Assembly (NCBI GenBank): GCA_000004985.1
Contig: GG738926.1
Length of the DNA stretch: 64,000 nt
Direction: 5' to 3' (one strand)
Source of the DNA: Naegleria gruberi
Taxonomy: Eukaryota
Position numbers and translations under genes: made by a program. The stretch's first letter is position 1; each line of letters opens with the position of its first letter. This document shows, piece by piece, positions 45,052 to 57,900 of the stretch. The notes beneath the pieces were generated by a model. That model had not been told where the DNA came from, searched no databases, and worked only from the letters and a program-made list of their open reading frames with translations.

Positions 45052-46698
45052 CTAATACAATCGGATAAATGGTTTTGGTTCTTCGTAATAAACAATTCTA
45101 TAAGGATAATCTCTCTTATAATAAGTGTTAGAACGGAATTCAATTGGATTAACTTCAACATTTGGAAAATGTGGTTGGAATAATCTTTCAATAATTGCTC
45201 TGTTGTCATTTACATTAACATAGTCCAATTTTGGGAATTTCAGACCGTGTACAGAGCACACATCAGCTGGAAAGTCCCTTTCTAATAAAACAAAATCAAA
45301 AGTAACTTTCTTGACGCATTGTGGAATTCTATAAATGACATCCATCACAGCCTTTGGTTTAAGCTTGTCATTCTCCAATTCTCTTTCCAAATGAGGAGAA
45401 AATAGAACCAATTCTTCAACGTTACTGCAATTCTTCTCAAAAAACTTGTTTAGTTGAACTTCGTCCTTAAACCAAGTATACAATGGAATGTGCAAGACTT
45501 TGACATTTTTCAAAAATCTCTTTTCATAACTGATATATTCATGGTAGACATCCTTAATCCAAACTACAGGATTTGGATCAAAATGGAAAGCATATTCAGT
45601 AATGGCAACCCTCTTGTCCATAACATTTTCAGAATAGAAATCGAATAATGAAGATTTGATGACTTGGTCAAAGATGTGATAAGGTTGTAATGGTTTTTCG
45701 GATTTTCCCTTGGTGGAGTTGAATGCATTCAAGTGTGAATCGATATTGTTGATAAAGTTTTCATAGGAAATGTCAAGATAATCACGTCTGGATAAACTTT
45801 TAGCTGCCAAATGTCTCCACAAACGGCAGGTGGAGGAAACTTGCATGACTGAATAAATTGGAAGGTAGGAAAAGACTGCATAGATGATTTCATCATTGAT
45901 CAATTTGTAGAACATCTTGTTGACCTTGGTTTCATCCTTGAGCAGATCTTGATTCATCTTTAAGATTCTTCCAGTTTCTTCTTGTTTATCCAACTTGTAA
46001 GCATTCTCCAAATCGTTAAGGGATTGCTCACTTGCACTATTCATGAACAAGTAGGAAGATCCTCTCATATAATAACAATAGGCAACAGCTTTAGAATCAG
46101 CAGCTAGATAAATGTCATCAATGATTTTAACACATTCTGCGTATTGGCAGGAATTGTAAAGTGAAACTGCAATGTTGAAATCCAACTCTTCAGCACTGAT
46201 TAGTGAACCAGTGGATGGTGCCTTGGAGAAGAAACTAGACCAAACCTTCTCATAGATTAGTTTGTTTTGTTCACAGCATGCATTAACTTTAGTTTCAATT
46301 TCGGATTTCAAGTGAGCATGTGTTGAATCTTGCAACAAGTCTCTAGTCCTGATCAATAGTTTAGTAGCTTGATCAAAATCACATGCAATAGCATGACAAC
46401 ATGCCTCCAAATATGAGAAAACATAAACATTTCCCACACTTTCGTCCATTTCCAAAGCCAATTCCATTGATCTTTTAGCTTCCTTTTCATGAGCAGCTTG
46501 TACTTCCAGGAATGCTCTCTGTACATACAAGATTGCTTTCACCTTCTTGTCACTTGCCTTCTTCAAATCTTCTTCGATTGATTGCATCGTTTTGCTCTCT
46601 CTATAATTTCTCAACATGCCCAAAAGTGATGATTTGGCCACGAGTGGACAACCAGTATAATGAAGAAAGAGTGAACTGAATGGAGTGTTTGCAACCAT
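45052..46698 (-). CDS. F-box protein (548 aa) with an N-terminal TPR/Sel1-like helical region and a C-terminal repeat region
   Basis: ATG at 46698 (MVANTPF). F-box motif DEIIYAVFSYLPIYSVMQVSSTCRLWRHLAAKS. Helical-repeat N-terminus. Single exon. Confidence 0.7.
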   Translation of the reverse strand: MVANTPFSSLFLHYTGCPLVAKSSLLGMLRNYRESKTMQSIEEDLKKASDKKVKAILYVQRAFLEVQAAHEKEAKRSMELALEMDESVGNVYVFSYLEACCHAIACDFDQATKLLIRTRDLLQDSTHAHLKSEIETKVNACCEQNKLIYEKVWSSFFSKAPSTGSLISAEELDFNIAVSLYNSCQYAECVKIIDDIYLAADSKAVAYCYYMRGSSYLFMNSASEQSLNDLENAYKLDKQEETGRILKMNQDLLKDETKVNKMFYKLINDEIIYAVFSYLPIYSVMQVSSTCRLWRHLAAKSLSRRDYLDISYENFINNIDSHLNAFNSTKGKSEKPLQPYHIFDQVIKSSLFDFYSENVMDKRVAITEYAFHFDPNPVVWIKDVYHEYISYEKRFLKNVKVLHIPLYTWFKDEVQLNKFFEKNCSNVEELVLFSPHLERELENDKLKPKAVMDVIYRIPQCVKKVTFDFVLLERDFPADVCSVHGLKFPKLDYVNVNDNRAIIERLFQPHFPNVEVNPIEFRSNTYYKRDYPYRIVYYEEPKPFIRLY

Positions 46699-48135
46699 TG
46701 AATCTTATTGTTGTTTAAAGTTTGTTTTTTTGCTTTGGTTGTGATATTGTTTACGTTGAAGATTTTAAGTTGGTTTTGATTGTTTGTGAACAATATCCTA
46801 TCATGAGAAAATGAAAATGGCAAAACTGTTGTGGGTAATGTTTGTTTGTGATGTATCCCGAGTTGATGATTTCAAATAAATTAAAAGTACCTACAACGTA
46901 AATAGAAGGTCTGAAACAAATCATTAATTTCTAAACAATGATACGGACGTGATGATTTCTCGCGTGATGAGGAATAATTATACTAGGCCATCTTGCATGT
47001 GCCAACGTCAAACCTACACATCTAATGATTTTGGTAGTGTTTTATTGTTCTGCAAAACCAATAACAATTTGGTATTAACAATATTTTGATGATTGTTTTA
47101 ACAGTGGTAAAATTGATAAAAAATTTTAAAAAGAAAAATTCTTCAACAAATCCAACTCTTTCTCAGTTGGTGATTTTCAACAGCAATACTTGATAACATT
47201 TAAAACGATTGGATGCAGAACATGGAGGTATAATATGGAAGCACCATTATTAGATTTTAGACAATTCTATCATCAATTGCGGATTTTGGAAAGCAATTAT
47301 TAAATTTATAAAAACTTTTTTGTGGATTCATGGCTGGAAACCTTCATCGTTATGAGTAATCATCAAGAATATAACAACAAAGTGGATGCGACCGTTTTAT
47401 TTCAAGAAGATGACCATCAATTTTAATTTTATAATTTTCATCAACATCAACAACATGTAGAACAAAAAGAACAACATTTCCTTGTTCTACATCATCAATT
47501 ACATCACCCCAGAAAGTTTCAAAACTTTCCTTCGAGCAAGTGAAGAGCTGTAGAAGATGTAAGTAAAATTAATTTCAGCAAGCGAAAAACACCTTTGAAC
47601 AAACTTGGTGAGGAGGACGAAGATTTGTTATCGTACCTCATCAGGATGGGTGATTTGCCAATGCTTTTCGAGCATTTTCCATAATTTGCCAAGTTGAATT
47701 TTCACATGCTTCCTAACATTAACCATTCATCATCTACTTCTTTAATCTTCATCACCACAACAATAAATACATCCCAGTGATGTTATCTACCAACAGTTTT
47801 CTTCTTGTTAATTCATATCAACAGCTAACAAAGAGAATCATCAAGCCTTCCACCAACAACAAATTAGTCTTGCTTTCCTTGCAACTACATGTATGACAGG
47901 ATAGACAAGCAACCTTCCTAACCGATTTCATACCAATATTTAAAGTCATATCACAACCATTTTGTCAAGAAATATTAAAATAAGTGAAATGATTCTTTGC
48001 AGCTTGGATTCAACAACATTAGTAACAGAGATGCTGACCAAAATTGGAAAAACTGATGTGAAACTTTGATCAACTTTGCTAAAAAGAGTTGTGACTACAT
48101 TTCAACAGATTGGAATGTTATTACTCTTGCACATA

Positions 48136-48996
48136 TTACAATGACAACTTGTAATTTTTCATGTCAGCTTGTTTGGGAACAATCACCATGCATATTGTAG
48201 CAGTTATTTCCATCTTATCTTCTGGCTTACTCAACAATCTACCAGCTCCAAAAGAATGTTCATTGAAAATGTCCCCTTTCTTTTCAACTAATAGCTCTCT
48301 ACAGAATAGCTTACCAGTTTCTGAATGATACAAATCAATAATTTTCGGCAATTCTTCCTCATCATACTCATCCTCTTCCTCTTCCTCATCATAATCCAGG
48401 TTCTTACTACTAAATATAATAGTTCCATAATACAAATCAAATAATTTAAATCTATTATTGCATCTTGTCAGAAAATCAATAATATTGGCATCATATTTTG
48501 TGGTGCATCGTTTAACATATTCCAGAAACGGCTCATTCTTTCCTCTTCTTGGGTGTTCATTCTCATCATCACTACCCATAATATAAACAGAGAATGGACA
48601 CTCATGATACCTATTGGATTGTTCAATAATAATTCTCAATATATCAGATCTATCTTTTGGATTCTCACTAAAACAAATCTGATTTACTCCACTTCCGATA
48701 CTTAAAAAGAGAGCATCCAATCTTCTAGTCAATGCTGTTGGATAATAATCTTCATCTTCATTATTTCCATCAGATTCAGCATCGAAATCAGCAAGTATAT
48801 CATAAGCTTCCTCTGAAATATCATCCGTAGTGCCAAATAATTTATCCTTGTATTTATCGTACTCATAATATTCTTCACCATTAATTATTCTTTTCCCTAT
48901 TCTAGCATAATCATCTTCGGAATCTTCATCATCTTCCGAAGAAGGGTTTTCGTACTCGGAATTTTCTTCCTCATAATCAATTCTCTTTCTTTTCAT
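48136..48996 (-). CDS. Acidic (D/E/Y-rich) hypothetical protein with an N-terminal KRKR motif; probably nuclear
   Basis: ATG at 48996 (MKRKRIDYEEENSEYE…). Acidic clusters (EEEEEDEYDEEE). No enzymatic motifs. Confidence 0.5.
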   Translation of the reverse strand: MKRKRIDYEEENSEYENPSSEDDEDSEDDYARIGKRIINGEEYYEYDKYKDKLFGTTDDISEEAYDILADFDAESDGNNEDEDYYPTALTRRLDALFLSIGSGVNQICFSENPKDRSDILRIIIEQSNRYHECPFSVYIMGSDDENEHPRRGKNEPFLEYVKRCTTKYDANIIDFLTRCNNRFKLFDLYYGTIIFSSKNLDYDEEEEEDEYDEEELPKIIDLYHSETGKLFCRELLVEKKGDIFNEHSFGAGRLLSKPEDKMEITATICMVIVPKQADMKNYKLSL

Positions 48997-49459
48997 TTTT
49001 TTTAAAATTCTCTTAATTTATTTCACATGCATGAAAATGAATTTTGTAATTGAATTACAGTTTTTCTGGAAAGTCCTTAATAGAAGTGGTTCACAATAAC
49101 AATGATTTAAATAAAAATCTTGTTGAACTCTCAATAGTGATTAGTTTTATTTCAAAGCAAACTGCTTTGATGGTTTGAGAGAGTACCGACAATATTGTGA
49201 AAATCCAAATCGTCACTTCTTATTTTCTAATTGATATCAAATTTAACGTTATCCTCCAATACAGTTCCATAATTTTCAAAATTCTGAATCTTCCATATCA
49301 TTATTACAATGTTATCTTCATTATATTTCTCCAACCTAATACCCCAAAAAACAAACTCGATTACAATGGTTTCTTAACGGAGTTCCACAAACCTTTAAAT
49401 CTCATCATATTCTGTTTTGTTTCGATTTTCAAAAAATCAAAAAAAAAATTCCGATTCAC

Positions 49460-52400
49460 ATGAAGGTGAGTTGTTCACATTTTCTTTTCCTTGGTTAATA
49501 ATTCTCATGGGTTGCTGATGATGATAATATATTCATAATCATCATCATCATTAATGAATGGATGTATAGCTCGATTCCGATGAGAGGACGAGTTTTCTGA
49601 GTACCAACTCGACGATTCATTATAATTACAATTCTACATCAGCAAATGTTGTTCCGATAATACAAGAAGATGATGTTAATGTCGAGGAGGAAAGAAGATT
49701 ATTGTTGAAGAGTAATGATGACAGAAAGGATCGTAAAGATAGTAACACGAGAATTGTCTATGCCAATGATGAGAAATCGAATAGCAAGTATAAATATGTA
49801 AAGAATCAAATCACTACAACAAAGTATACCTATTTGAATTTTTTATTTAAGAATTTGATTGAACAATTTCAGAGATTTGCTAATTGTTGTAAGTATTTGG
49901 TGGAAATTGTTGGATTGAATTATGATTTGTAAGATTTCTTATTTATGGCAATTTTGCAGACAATTCCGACTTTATCACCGACTGGTCAATTCACCAATTC
50001 AGTTCCATTGTGTTTTGGTATGTTTGTAATATGTGAATTCTAACAATGAAACTAGTTCTTTTTGTAACAATGATAAAGGATGCATTTGAAGATTATACAA
50101 GAAGAAGTTCTGACAAGGTAACAAACAATCAACGAGCTCATGTTTTGAGGGGAGATGAATTTGTGGATGTTCTGTGGAAAGATATCAAGACTGGTGACAT
50201 TTTAAGAGTGGAAAATAATGAAGCATTTCCTTGTGATTTAATTTTACTTTCATCGAGCCACAATCAAGGATTATGCTATGTGGAAACATCTGGTTTGGAT
50301 GGGTAAGTGAATGCTAAAAAATTAAGCATGAAATTAACCTTTGTGAAATATATTTAGGGAGAGTAATTTAAAAATTAAAAAGTGTCGTAGTGAGACAATT
50401 TCCCTTAAATCTGCAGAAATACTCAATGATAGTAGGATGATTGTGGAATGTGAAAAACCAAATAATAGATTGTACAAATTCGAAGGAACATTAATGTTAA
50501 ATAGTGAAAAGAAACAAATTGCTTTGGATACAGAACAAATTTGTTTACGAGGATCATCATTGAAAAATACTGAATTCATGATTGGAATTTCAATTTTCAC
50601 AGGATCAGATACCAAGTTAATGATGAACACCAAGTAAGTTGACATGACACTCATTCTATTAACATTAGTAAAGAGCAACTCCTCACAAGATTAGCAAAAT
50701 TGAAAGAATGATTAACAAATTAATTTTACTAGTATTTGCCTTTGAAATCATGCTGGCTCTTGGACTTGATGGAGGATATATTGCATGGACCTATTTTAAC
50801 ACAGACGCTTGGTATATTTTCAGTGACCAGAAAGTTAATATGGACTATTTGGCATGGAATGGATTTAAAGGATTTTGGACTTTTCTGTTGTTATTGACTG
50901 ATTTAATTCCAATATCTTTATATGTTTCAATTGAAACAGCAAAACTTTTCCAAACCATGATGATAAGCAAAGATTTGAAAATGTATAACGAGACAACGGA
51001 CACTCCTACCATAGTACGTTCTTCAGCATTGCATGAAGATTTGGGACAGATCAATTACATCTTCTCAGACAAAACTGGAACATTAACGGAAAATAAGATG
51101 GACTGTAAGTATGCAATTGGAATTTAGTGTAATAACATTGAATAGTTATGAAGTTTTCAGTTTCTGGAATTATGTACGGAACAGGTATTACAGAAATTTC
51201 TAGAATAACAGCGAGGAAACATGGACAAGAGGTTGTGGATGAACGACCTGCTCATGTAAGAAATTCTGATTTCCATTTCTACGATGAAAGAATTAATGAT
51301 GGAGCATGGGTGAAACAGGAAAACTCTGCAGATTTATTGAACTTTTTCATAGTGTTGGCCATTTGTAATACAGTTATTCCAGAGGAAAATGATGATAACG
51401 ATATTGTTTATCAATCTTCATCTCCAGATGAAGCAGCACTTGTCAAGGCAGCAAAATATTTAGGTGTAGAACTAGTTAACAAAGCAATGAACACAATAAC
51501 CATAAGAGTTTTAAAGGAAATTAGAGAATACACATTAGTAGAGGTTATTGAGTTTTCGAGTGATAGAAAAAGACAATCAGTAATTGTTAAAGATCCAGAA
51601 GGAAGATTATTGATAATGACCAAGGGTGCTGACTCTGTTGTCTCTAGATTACTTTGCAACGAGTCCAGAGAGCAATACGGAAAGGTTACAATTCAACATT
51701 TAGATCATTTTGGTAATGAAGGTTTGAGAACAATGATTTGTGCTCAAAGTTTCCTAGATGAAGAAGCTTTCAAAATTTGGCGAGAAGAATATGAAATGGC
51801 AAAAATTTCAATTGAAAACCGTCAAGAAACTATTGAACTAGTGGGTGCTAAAATTGAAACAAATCTTTCTTTTGTCGGAGCTACTGCAATAGAAGATAAA
51901 TTACAGCAAGGAGTTGGAGAAACAATTTATGATTTGAGAAAGGCAGGAATTAATATTTGGATGTTAACCGGTGACAAGTTGGAAACTGCAATTAATATTG
52001 GATATGCATGCGACTTGCTAAACTATGGAATGAATGTATTGATTGTGGATGGAAGCTCACTGGAGGAACTTCGATCTTTCTTTGAGAAGAATTTGAGTCT
52101 CTATGAAGATGCTTCTCCAGAGTCCCTAGGGCTTGTTGTTGAAGGAGAAAAGCTATTGACCATTTTGGATGAAGATCAACATGGTGACAAACGTACAAGT
52201 TTACGAAATTTATTCCTTAATTTGAGTATCAAATGCAAATCAGTTATTTGTTGCAGAGTTTCTCCAAAGCAAAAATCTGACATTGTATTGTTAATCAAAA
52301 ATAATGTAACTTGTGTAACGTTGGCAATTGGAGATGGTAGTAATGACGGTAAGTTCAAAACACAGTTTTAATAATTAACTTTCTAAAGTGAGCATGATTC

Positions 52401-53333
52401 AAAGTGCCAATGTTGGAATTGGAATTTCAGGAATGGAAGGTTTACAAGCTGTCAATGCTTCAGATTATGCAATTGGCCAATTTAGATTCCTCAAACGTTT
52501 ATTACTCGTTCATGGAAGATGGAACTATAGAAGAGTTTCCAAGTTGGTGGTTTATGTTTTCTACAAGAATATTCTCTTCTTCTTAACTCAATTGTGGTTC
52601 AATATTTATAATGGCTATTCAGGAGCTTCACTTCATGATAATTGGACAATAGCACTCTATAACACAATTTTCACTGGACTTCCAATTGTTGCCCTCGCAT
52701 TTATGGATAGAGATGTACCTGATTATATTGCTGAAAAGTATCCAGAACTTTATTTCCAAGGACAAAAAAACAGATATGTAAGTTCAAGTTACTTGTTTTA
52801 ATTTATTAATTATCTTCGAATAGTTCAATGCCAAAATATTCATTTCATGGATTGTGAATGCAGTATTCCATTCTACAATTTGTTTCTTCATTCCATACTA
52901 TTGTTTAGTGGATAGCAAATTCATTGATGGACAAGATATTGATACACAAACTATTGGAATTGCAGTTTATTCCTGTGTTCTGGCTGTAACATTATTCAAG
53001 TTGGCAATTGAGACAGCCTCTTGGACCATTGTACATTGTCTCTTTTATTTTGGATTTTATCTTTCATTTCCTGCATTTGTCTTCTCATACGGAAGTGTTT
53101 ATTATCTAATCAAGTATCCTTATCCTGTCCTTTCTGAAACCTACAGTATTACACAGAGATGGAGAATTTTCCTCTCACCTCAATTTTATTTCATTCTAAT
53201 GTTGGTTGCCTTTGCATGTTGCCTTCGTGATATTTTCTGGAAAGGTTTTGTGAGAATGTATGATAGAAATTTCCTCTATGAGTTACAAGAAAAAAGAAAA
53301 CAAATTAGAAAGGAGATGCAGTTCATCAAATAA
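49460..53333 (+). CDS. P4-type ATPase (phospholipid flippase), ~1149 aa, nine exons
   Basis: Exons: 49460..49465 (ATG AAG only), 49570..49888, 49934..50017, 50056..50302, 50358..50633, 50674..51104, 51161..52348, 52389..52777, 52824..53333. Phases verified: 3450 nt. Motifs: RIVYAND…NQITTTKYTYLNFLFKNLIEQFQRFAN, FLFMAILQTIPTLSPTG, LDGESNLK, TGSDTKLMMN, DKTGTLTENKMDF (phospho-Asp site), GDGSNDVSMIQSANVGIGISG, LLLVHGRWNYRRVSKLVVYVFYKN. Introns are 38–104 nt, GTAAGT/GTGAGT/GTATGT…AG. Confidence 0.85.
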
Positions 53334-53639
53334 GTTTTCAACCTTAGGACTGTAAATGTGATTTTGGTTGTAAAATAAAGCACTGAATTTTAATGCAATA
53401 TTTGGAAATCTGAGAACTTTTCAAGTGCAATCTTTCCAAATTTTATTGGAATAACTGTTGTAAAAACCTTATTCATCTCAATCCTCCACAACTCACTGTT
53501 ATCATTTCAAACAATTTATAGAAATGGTTATTGTATTGCAACTAGTACAGATTAGAGTGATGGAAGAAATTTGTAAATTCACTTGATTAACAATATTCCA
53601 GCGAACTTCAAAAAACATAGTCGAGTATATAGCAAAAAA

Positions 53640-54707
53640 ATGTCAAAACTCGATAACCCTAGTGCCATTTTTGTTTCCAATGACGAAGTATTTATTGCTG
53701 ATACGGGTAATGATCGAGTGAGAAAATTGCTTCGGAATGGTCAAATTGTAACAATTGCAGGAAATGAGCGTGCATCATTGTATAATCCATCTTCTATTGT
53801 TGTTTCATCATCAAATCAAGTTTATATTTCGGAAAATGAGCGTCATTTGATTTACAAGATTGATGAATTTGGAATCATGACAAAAATTGCCGGAACATGT
53901 GAAACAGAATACAATGGAGATGATCAATTGGCTGTAAATGCAAACTTGAACTCTCCTTGTGGTCTTTTTGTTACTGATGATGATGAAGTATTATTTTGTG
54001 ATAGAAGAAATCATCGTGTGAGAAAGATTGATAGAAATGGAATCATTACAACAATTGCTGGAGATGGAATTGAAGGATACGATGGAGATAATCAATTGGC
54101 AACATTGAGTTCATTGAAACACCCTTGTAGTGTATTTCAATACAAAGATGAAATTTACATTGCAGATTCCTTCAGTAATAGGATTAGAAAAATTGATCGT
54201 GATGGAATCATCCACACAATTGCAGGAAATGGAATTGAAGGATACAATGGAGATGGAAGGAATGCCACTGATACAAGTTTGAACAACCCTAATTCTCTCT
54301 TTGTTCACAATGATGAAATTTACTTTTCAGATTTAGACAATCAAGTGATAAGAAAGATATTACCCAATGGAATCATCAAAAACATTGCAGGAATTCCAGG
54401 AAAAAAAGGATATAATGGAGATTATAAATTAGCAACAAGAACAACACTTAGTTGGCCAAAAGGAATATTTGTTGATTCAAAAAATCAAGTTTATTTTGCT
54501 GACTACTATAATCATTGCGTAAGAAAGATTTTCAAGAATGGAAATATGAAAATAATTGCTGGAATTGGAGATGTATTTGGATATTCAGGAGATGTTCCAT
54601 TTGATTTCCAACAATATCCACATATTGGACCACCAAGAAAGAAATCACCAATCAAACCATTCCCAAAATCATATCATGATTTGATTTTAATTTGTCAAAT
54701 TGTTTAA
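53640..54707 (+). CDS. NHL-repeat (six-bladed β-propeller) protein with no TM segment; paralogous to the N-terminal propeller of the large receptor kinase
   Basis: ATG at 53640. Six repeats of the type (V/I)(F/Y)(I/F)(A/S)D..N.R(V/I)RK(I/L)..NG(I/Q)I.TIAG.G and …GY(D/N)GD..LA. Single exon, 355 aa. Confidence 0.75.
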   Translation: MSKLDNPSAIFVSNDEVFIADTGNDRVRKLLRNGQIVTIAGNERASLYNPSSIVVSSSNQVYISENERHLIYKIDEFGIMTKIAGTCETEYNGDDQLAVNANLNSPCGLFVTDDDEVLFCDRRNHRVRKIDRNGIITTIAGDGIEGYDGDNQLATLSSLKHPCSVFQYKDEIYIADSFSNRIRKIDRDGIIHTIAGNGIEGYNGDGRNATDTSLNNPNSLFVHNDEIYFSDLDNQVIRKILPNGIIKNIAGIPGKKGYNGDYKLATRTTLSWPKGIFVDSKNQVYFADYYNHCVRKIFKNGNMKIIAGIGDVFGYSGDVPFDFQQYPHIGPPRKKSPIKPFPKSYHDLILICQIV

Positions 54708-54756
54708 GAATCAATTGGAAAAGATTAACCTTATAAAATTTAATATTTATTAAATA

Positions 54757-56330
54757 AAAGGTGTAAGGTTAGGATTCAGAATTGATTTATTTGGGTTATT
54801 TAATAGATTACTTAGTGAAGATTCATATCATTGATTATATTTCTTATCATCTATAAATGATGTAAATTTGATGGTTTCATTTCTTATATTGACAGATATT
54901 TAAAGGTCAGGTCAGTATCAACTTTTGTATTATGGACTTTGAGAAGTAGATTGAATCAGGTTGATTTGCATGCAATATGAATAAGTAACATTATCAAGAG
55001 TGATTATTCACCAATTCAATAATCAATATTCAATAATCGGTTGGATTTCAATCAATAGCTTGCTCATCAAGCTTTGAATATTAATATTCCAGTAATTAAC
55101 GGCAGTCTATTTTTAAATTTAATCAAAGACCATATATAGTATCTTGACTTTTATGATCTGGAAACTATCTAGATGTGTTCTATATTGAATAATCTATTTG
55201 AAAATGAGAAGAATTAACTCTTCTACTGAGTTTTATTGGTATTGCATGGAATTACGATTATAATAATCTACACAGAAATCACTCTTGAAATATAAACTGT
55301 ACTAAAATGTATGAGAAACATACTGTTGGTGGAATTAACCAATAAATCGCTGAAGTGACTGAGATGGAATGTAAGCAATGGACTATTTGTCATGTAAAGG
55401 TGATTAGACAGTGTCAATTTCATCAAATTGTTTCAAACTGATTACATTCAATAAAAAAACCGTTCTATACATCACGTATGTCATACAGAATGAGTTTCAA
55501 TATTTAAGATTGTGAACTGACTCTGTTGGATACCATCTCTATAAATATAACAAGATGAAAAGTGTCAATATTCAATTTCACATGTATGTTACTATGGAGA
55601 GTCATCATTATATCATCTGGATAGGTAATATTTCAAGTTTCAGTGGAATAGACAGTCTAGATATTGAGATGTGTATAAGGTGAAAGAAGTGTCACCTTCA
55701 CTGATTACTGACATGAATATAATAATTGAATGTATTATTCTTGTATAATTAATTCATTATTCAATGATTTGGATTTTGGATATGATGGTAAAAATTAATT
55801 TTGAAATTAAGATTCTTCCCTTTTGATTACCTTAGATGGAATGTTGCCATGAATATAAAACTTTCTCAGATTGTTCTCCTCATCAAGGGAAGTGTATTCA
55901 TATTTGATACAAGTATGATATTTTGTAAACTGACTGAGATGGTATTCATTCTATATGTTGAAATATGACAATTTGACAGATTGTTATTATTATCATATTG
56001 AATTCAATTCTAAAACACTAAAATTGATACCAGATGTATATCAGTGTGAATAAATGTATCTGGTAAAGTTACATGATGTTTGGATATACTTTCATTGAGA
56101 CAGAGTGTACAATTGGATATAAGCATATTGACATTGAACATTTACTGATTGACTGAATGAAAGTATCATGAATTATTTCTAAACTTGTATAGATGTATAT
56201 AAATGGTGTATAGAATTTGTGTTATCAATTCTAGACTAATTACATATAAAATAAGTGATTTGGAGCATAATCTTTGTTTTTATGTCAAAGTTCTATAGTA
56301 AAATGATAGAGTTGTCAACTCAATATCTTT
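54757..56330. repeat. Dispersed non-coding repeat family, copy 1 (~1.6 kb; its 5' ~1.1 kb matches copy 2 and its 3' ~0.5 kb matches copy 3)
   Basis: 54757..55840 aligns by eye to 56617..57850 at ~90% identity, with a ~180-bp indel around 56800-56990 in copy 2. 55860..56330 aligns to 63080..63570 at ~75–80%. No ORF longer than 60 aa. Confidence 0.6.
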
Positions 56331-56616
56331 TTTTTTTTTTTTTGAATGACTTCTAGTCTATTTATTAGTTTTATCTCTGATGTACTAAATCACATCTTCT
56401 AATCCATGTCCGGTGGACGTATCTCATAATACAACTTCTTATTTTGGTGATTTGCTTTTTCGTAACAACTCCTAATTTCCTTGCTGTATTCCTTGTGATT
56501 AATCCTCCCATAAATGGAAAACATTCAGCCATTTTTTCCTTGCTAGCAAGCAATTCCATTTCAATTAAGCTTCCTGTATTTTCTTTTTTAGATATAGGGT
56601 TTGGTTCTACTGGGTT

Positions 56617-57850
56617 TGGTTAGGATTCAGAGTTGATTTATTTGGGTTATTTAAGAGATTACTTAGTGAAGATTTATATCATTGATTATTTTTCTTATCA
56701 TCTATTAATGCTGTTAATTTGATGTTTTCATTTCTTATATTGATAGATATTTAAAGGTCAGGTCAGTATCAACTTTTGAAATATGGACTTTGAGAAGTCA
56801 AATGTTTGGGACGTGAATCTACTCATTGGATTGAATATGTATTGCTAATAAAGGAACATTTCATTGATTTATTGATTATAACCGTCAAATTGAGTTGAAT
56901 GGAAGTGATTCTTATGTTGATTGATCGTGGATGGGTAGTTTCGCCACGTAGTGGTGCAACTACCAACCTTTGTAGATTGAATCAGGTTGATTTGCATGCA
57001 ATATGAAATATGTAGCAGTATCAAGAATCAAGAGAGTGATTGTTCACCAATTCAATGATCAATATTCAATAATCGGTTTGATTTCAATCAATAGCTTTAT
57101 CATCAAGATTCCAGTAATTAACGGCAGTCTATTTTTAAATTTAATCAAAGACCATATATAGTAGCTTGACTTTTATGATATGGAAACTATCTAGATGTGT
57201 TTCTATATTTAATAATCTATTTGAAAATGAGAAGAATTAACTCTTCTATTGAGTTTTATTGGTATTGGATGGTATTACGATTATAATAATCTACACAGAA
57301 ATCACTCTTGAAATATAACCTGTAGTAGAACGTATGAGAAACATAATGGTGGTGGAATTAATCAATAACTCGTTGAAATGACTGAGATGGAATGTAAACT
57401 ATGGTCTATTTGTCATGTAATGGTGACTAGACAGTGTCAATTTCATCAAATTATTTCAAACTGATTACAATCAATAAAAACCCGTTCTATACATCAAACA
57501 TGTCATATAGAATGAGTTTCAATATTTAATATTGTGAACTGGCTGTGTTGGATACCATCTCTATAAATATAACAAGATGAAAAGTGTCAACATTCAATTA
57601 CACATGCATGTAACTATGGAGAATCATCATTATATCATCTAGATAGGTAATATTTCAAGTTTCAGTGGAATTGACTGTCTACATATTGAGATGTGCATAC
57701 TAAGGTTAAAGAAGTGTCACCTTCACTGATTACTGACATGAATATAACAATTGAATTTATAATTCCTGTATAATTAATTCATTATTCAACGATTTTGATA
57801 TGATGGTAAAATTTAATTTGAAATTAAGATCTTCCCTATTGATACCTAGA
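56617..57850. repeat. Dispersed repeat family, copy 2 (truncated by the assembly gap)
   Basis: Long collinear identity with 54757..55840. Ends at the N-run. Confidence 0.6.
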
Positions 57851-57900
57851 NNNNNNNNNNNNNNNNNNNNNNNNNNNNNNNNNNNNNNNNNNNNNNNNNN
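57851..57900. other. Assembly gap (50 N)
   Basis: Run of 50 n characters, next to a repeat copy. Typical of a scaffold gap placed at a collapsed repeat. Confidence 0.95.

Noticed and set aside
47440-47480. 9-bp stem hairpin (gtagaacaa…ttgttctac) in the 46.7–48.1 kb intergenic region
   Set aside because: A short imperfect palindrome of this size is expected by chance in 64 kb of AT-rich DNA. No flanking structure suggests an RNA gene or TIR.
49197-49463. 88-aa ORF upstream of the P4-ATPase
   Set aside because: AT-rich low-complexity translation, sitting in the 5' UTR/promoter. Its 3' end merely overlaps the real ATGAAG start exon.
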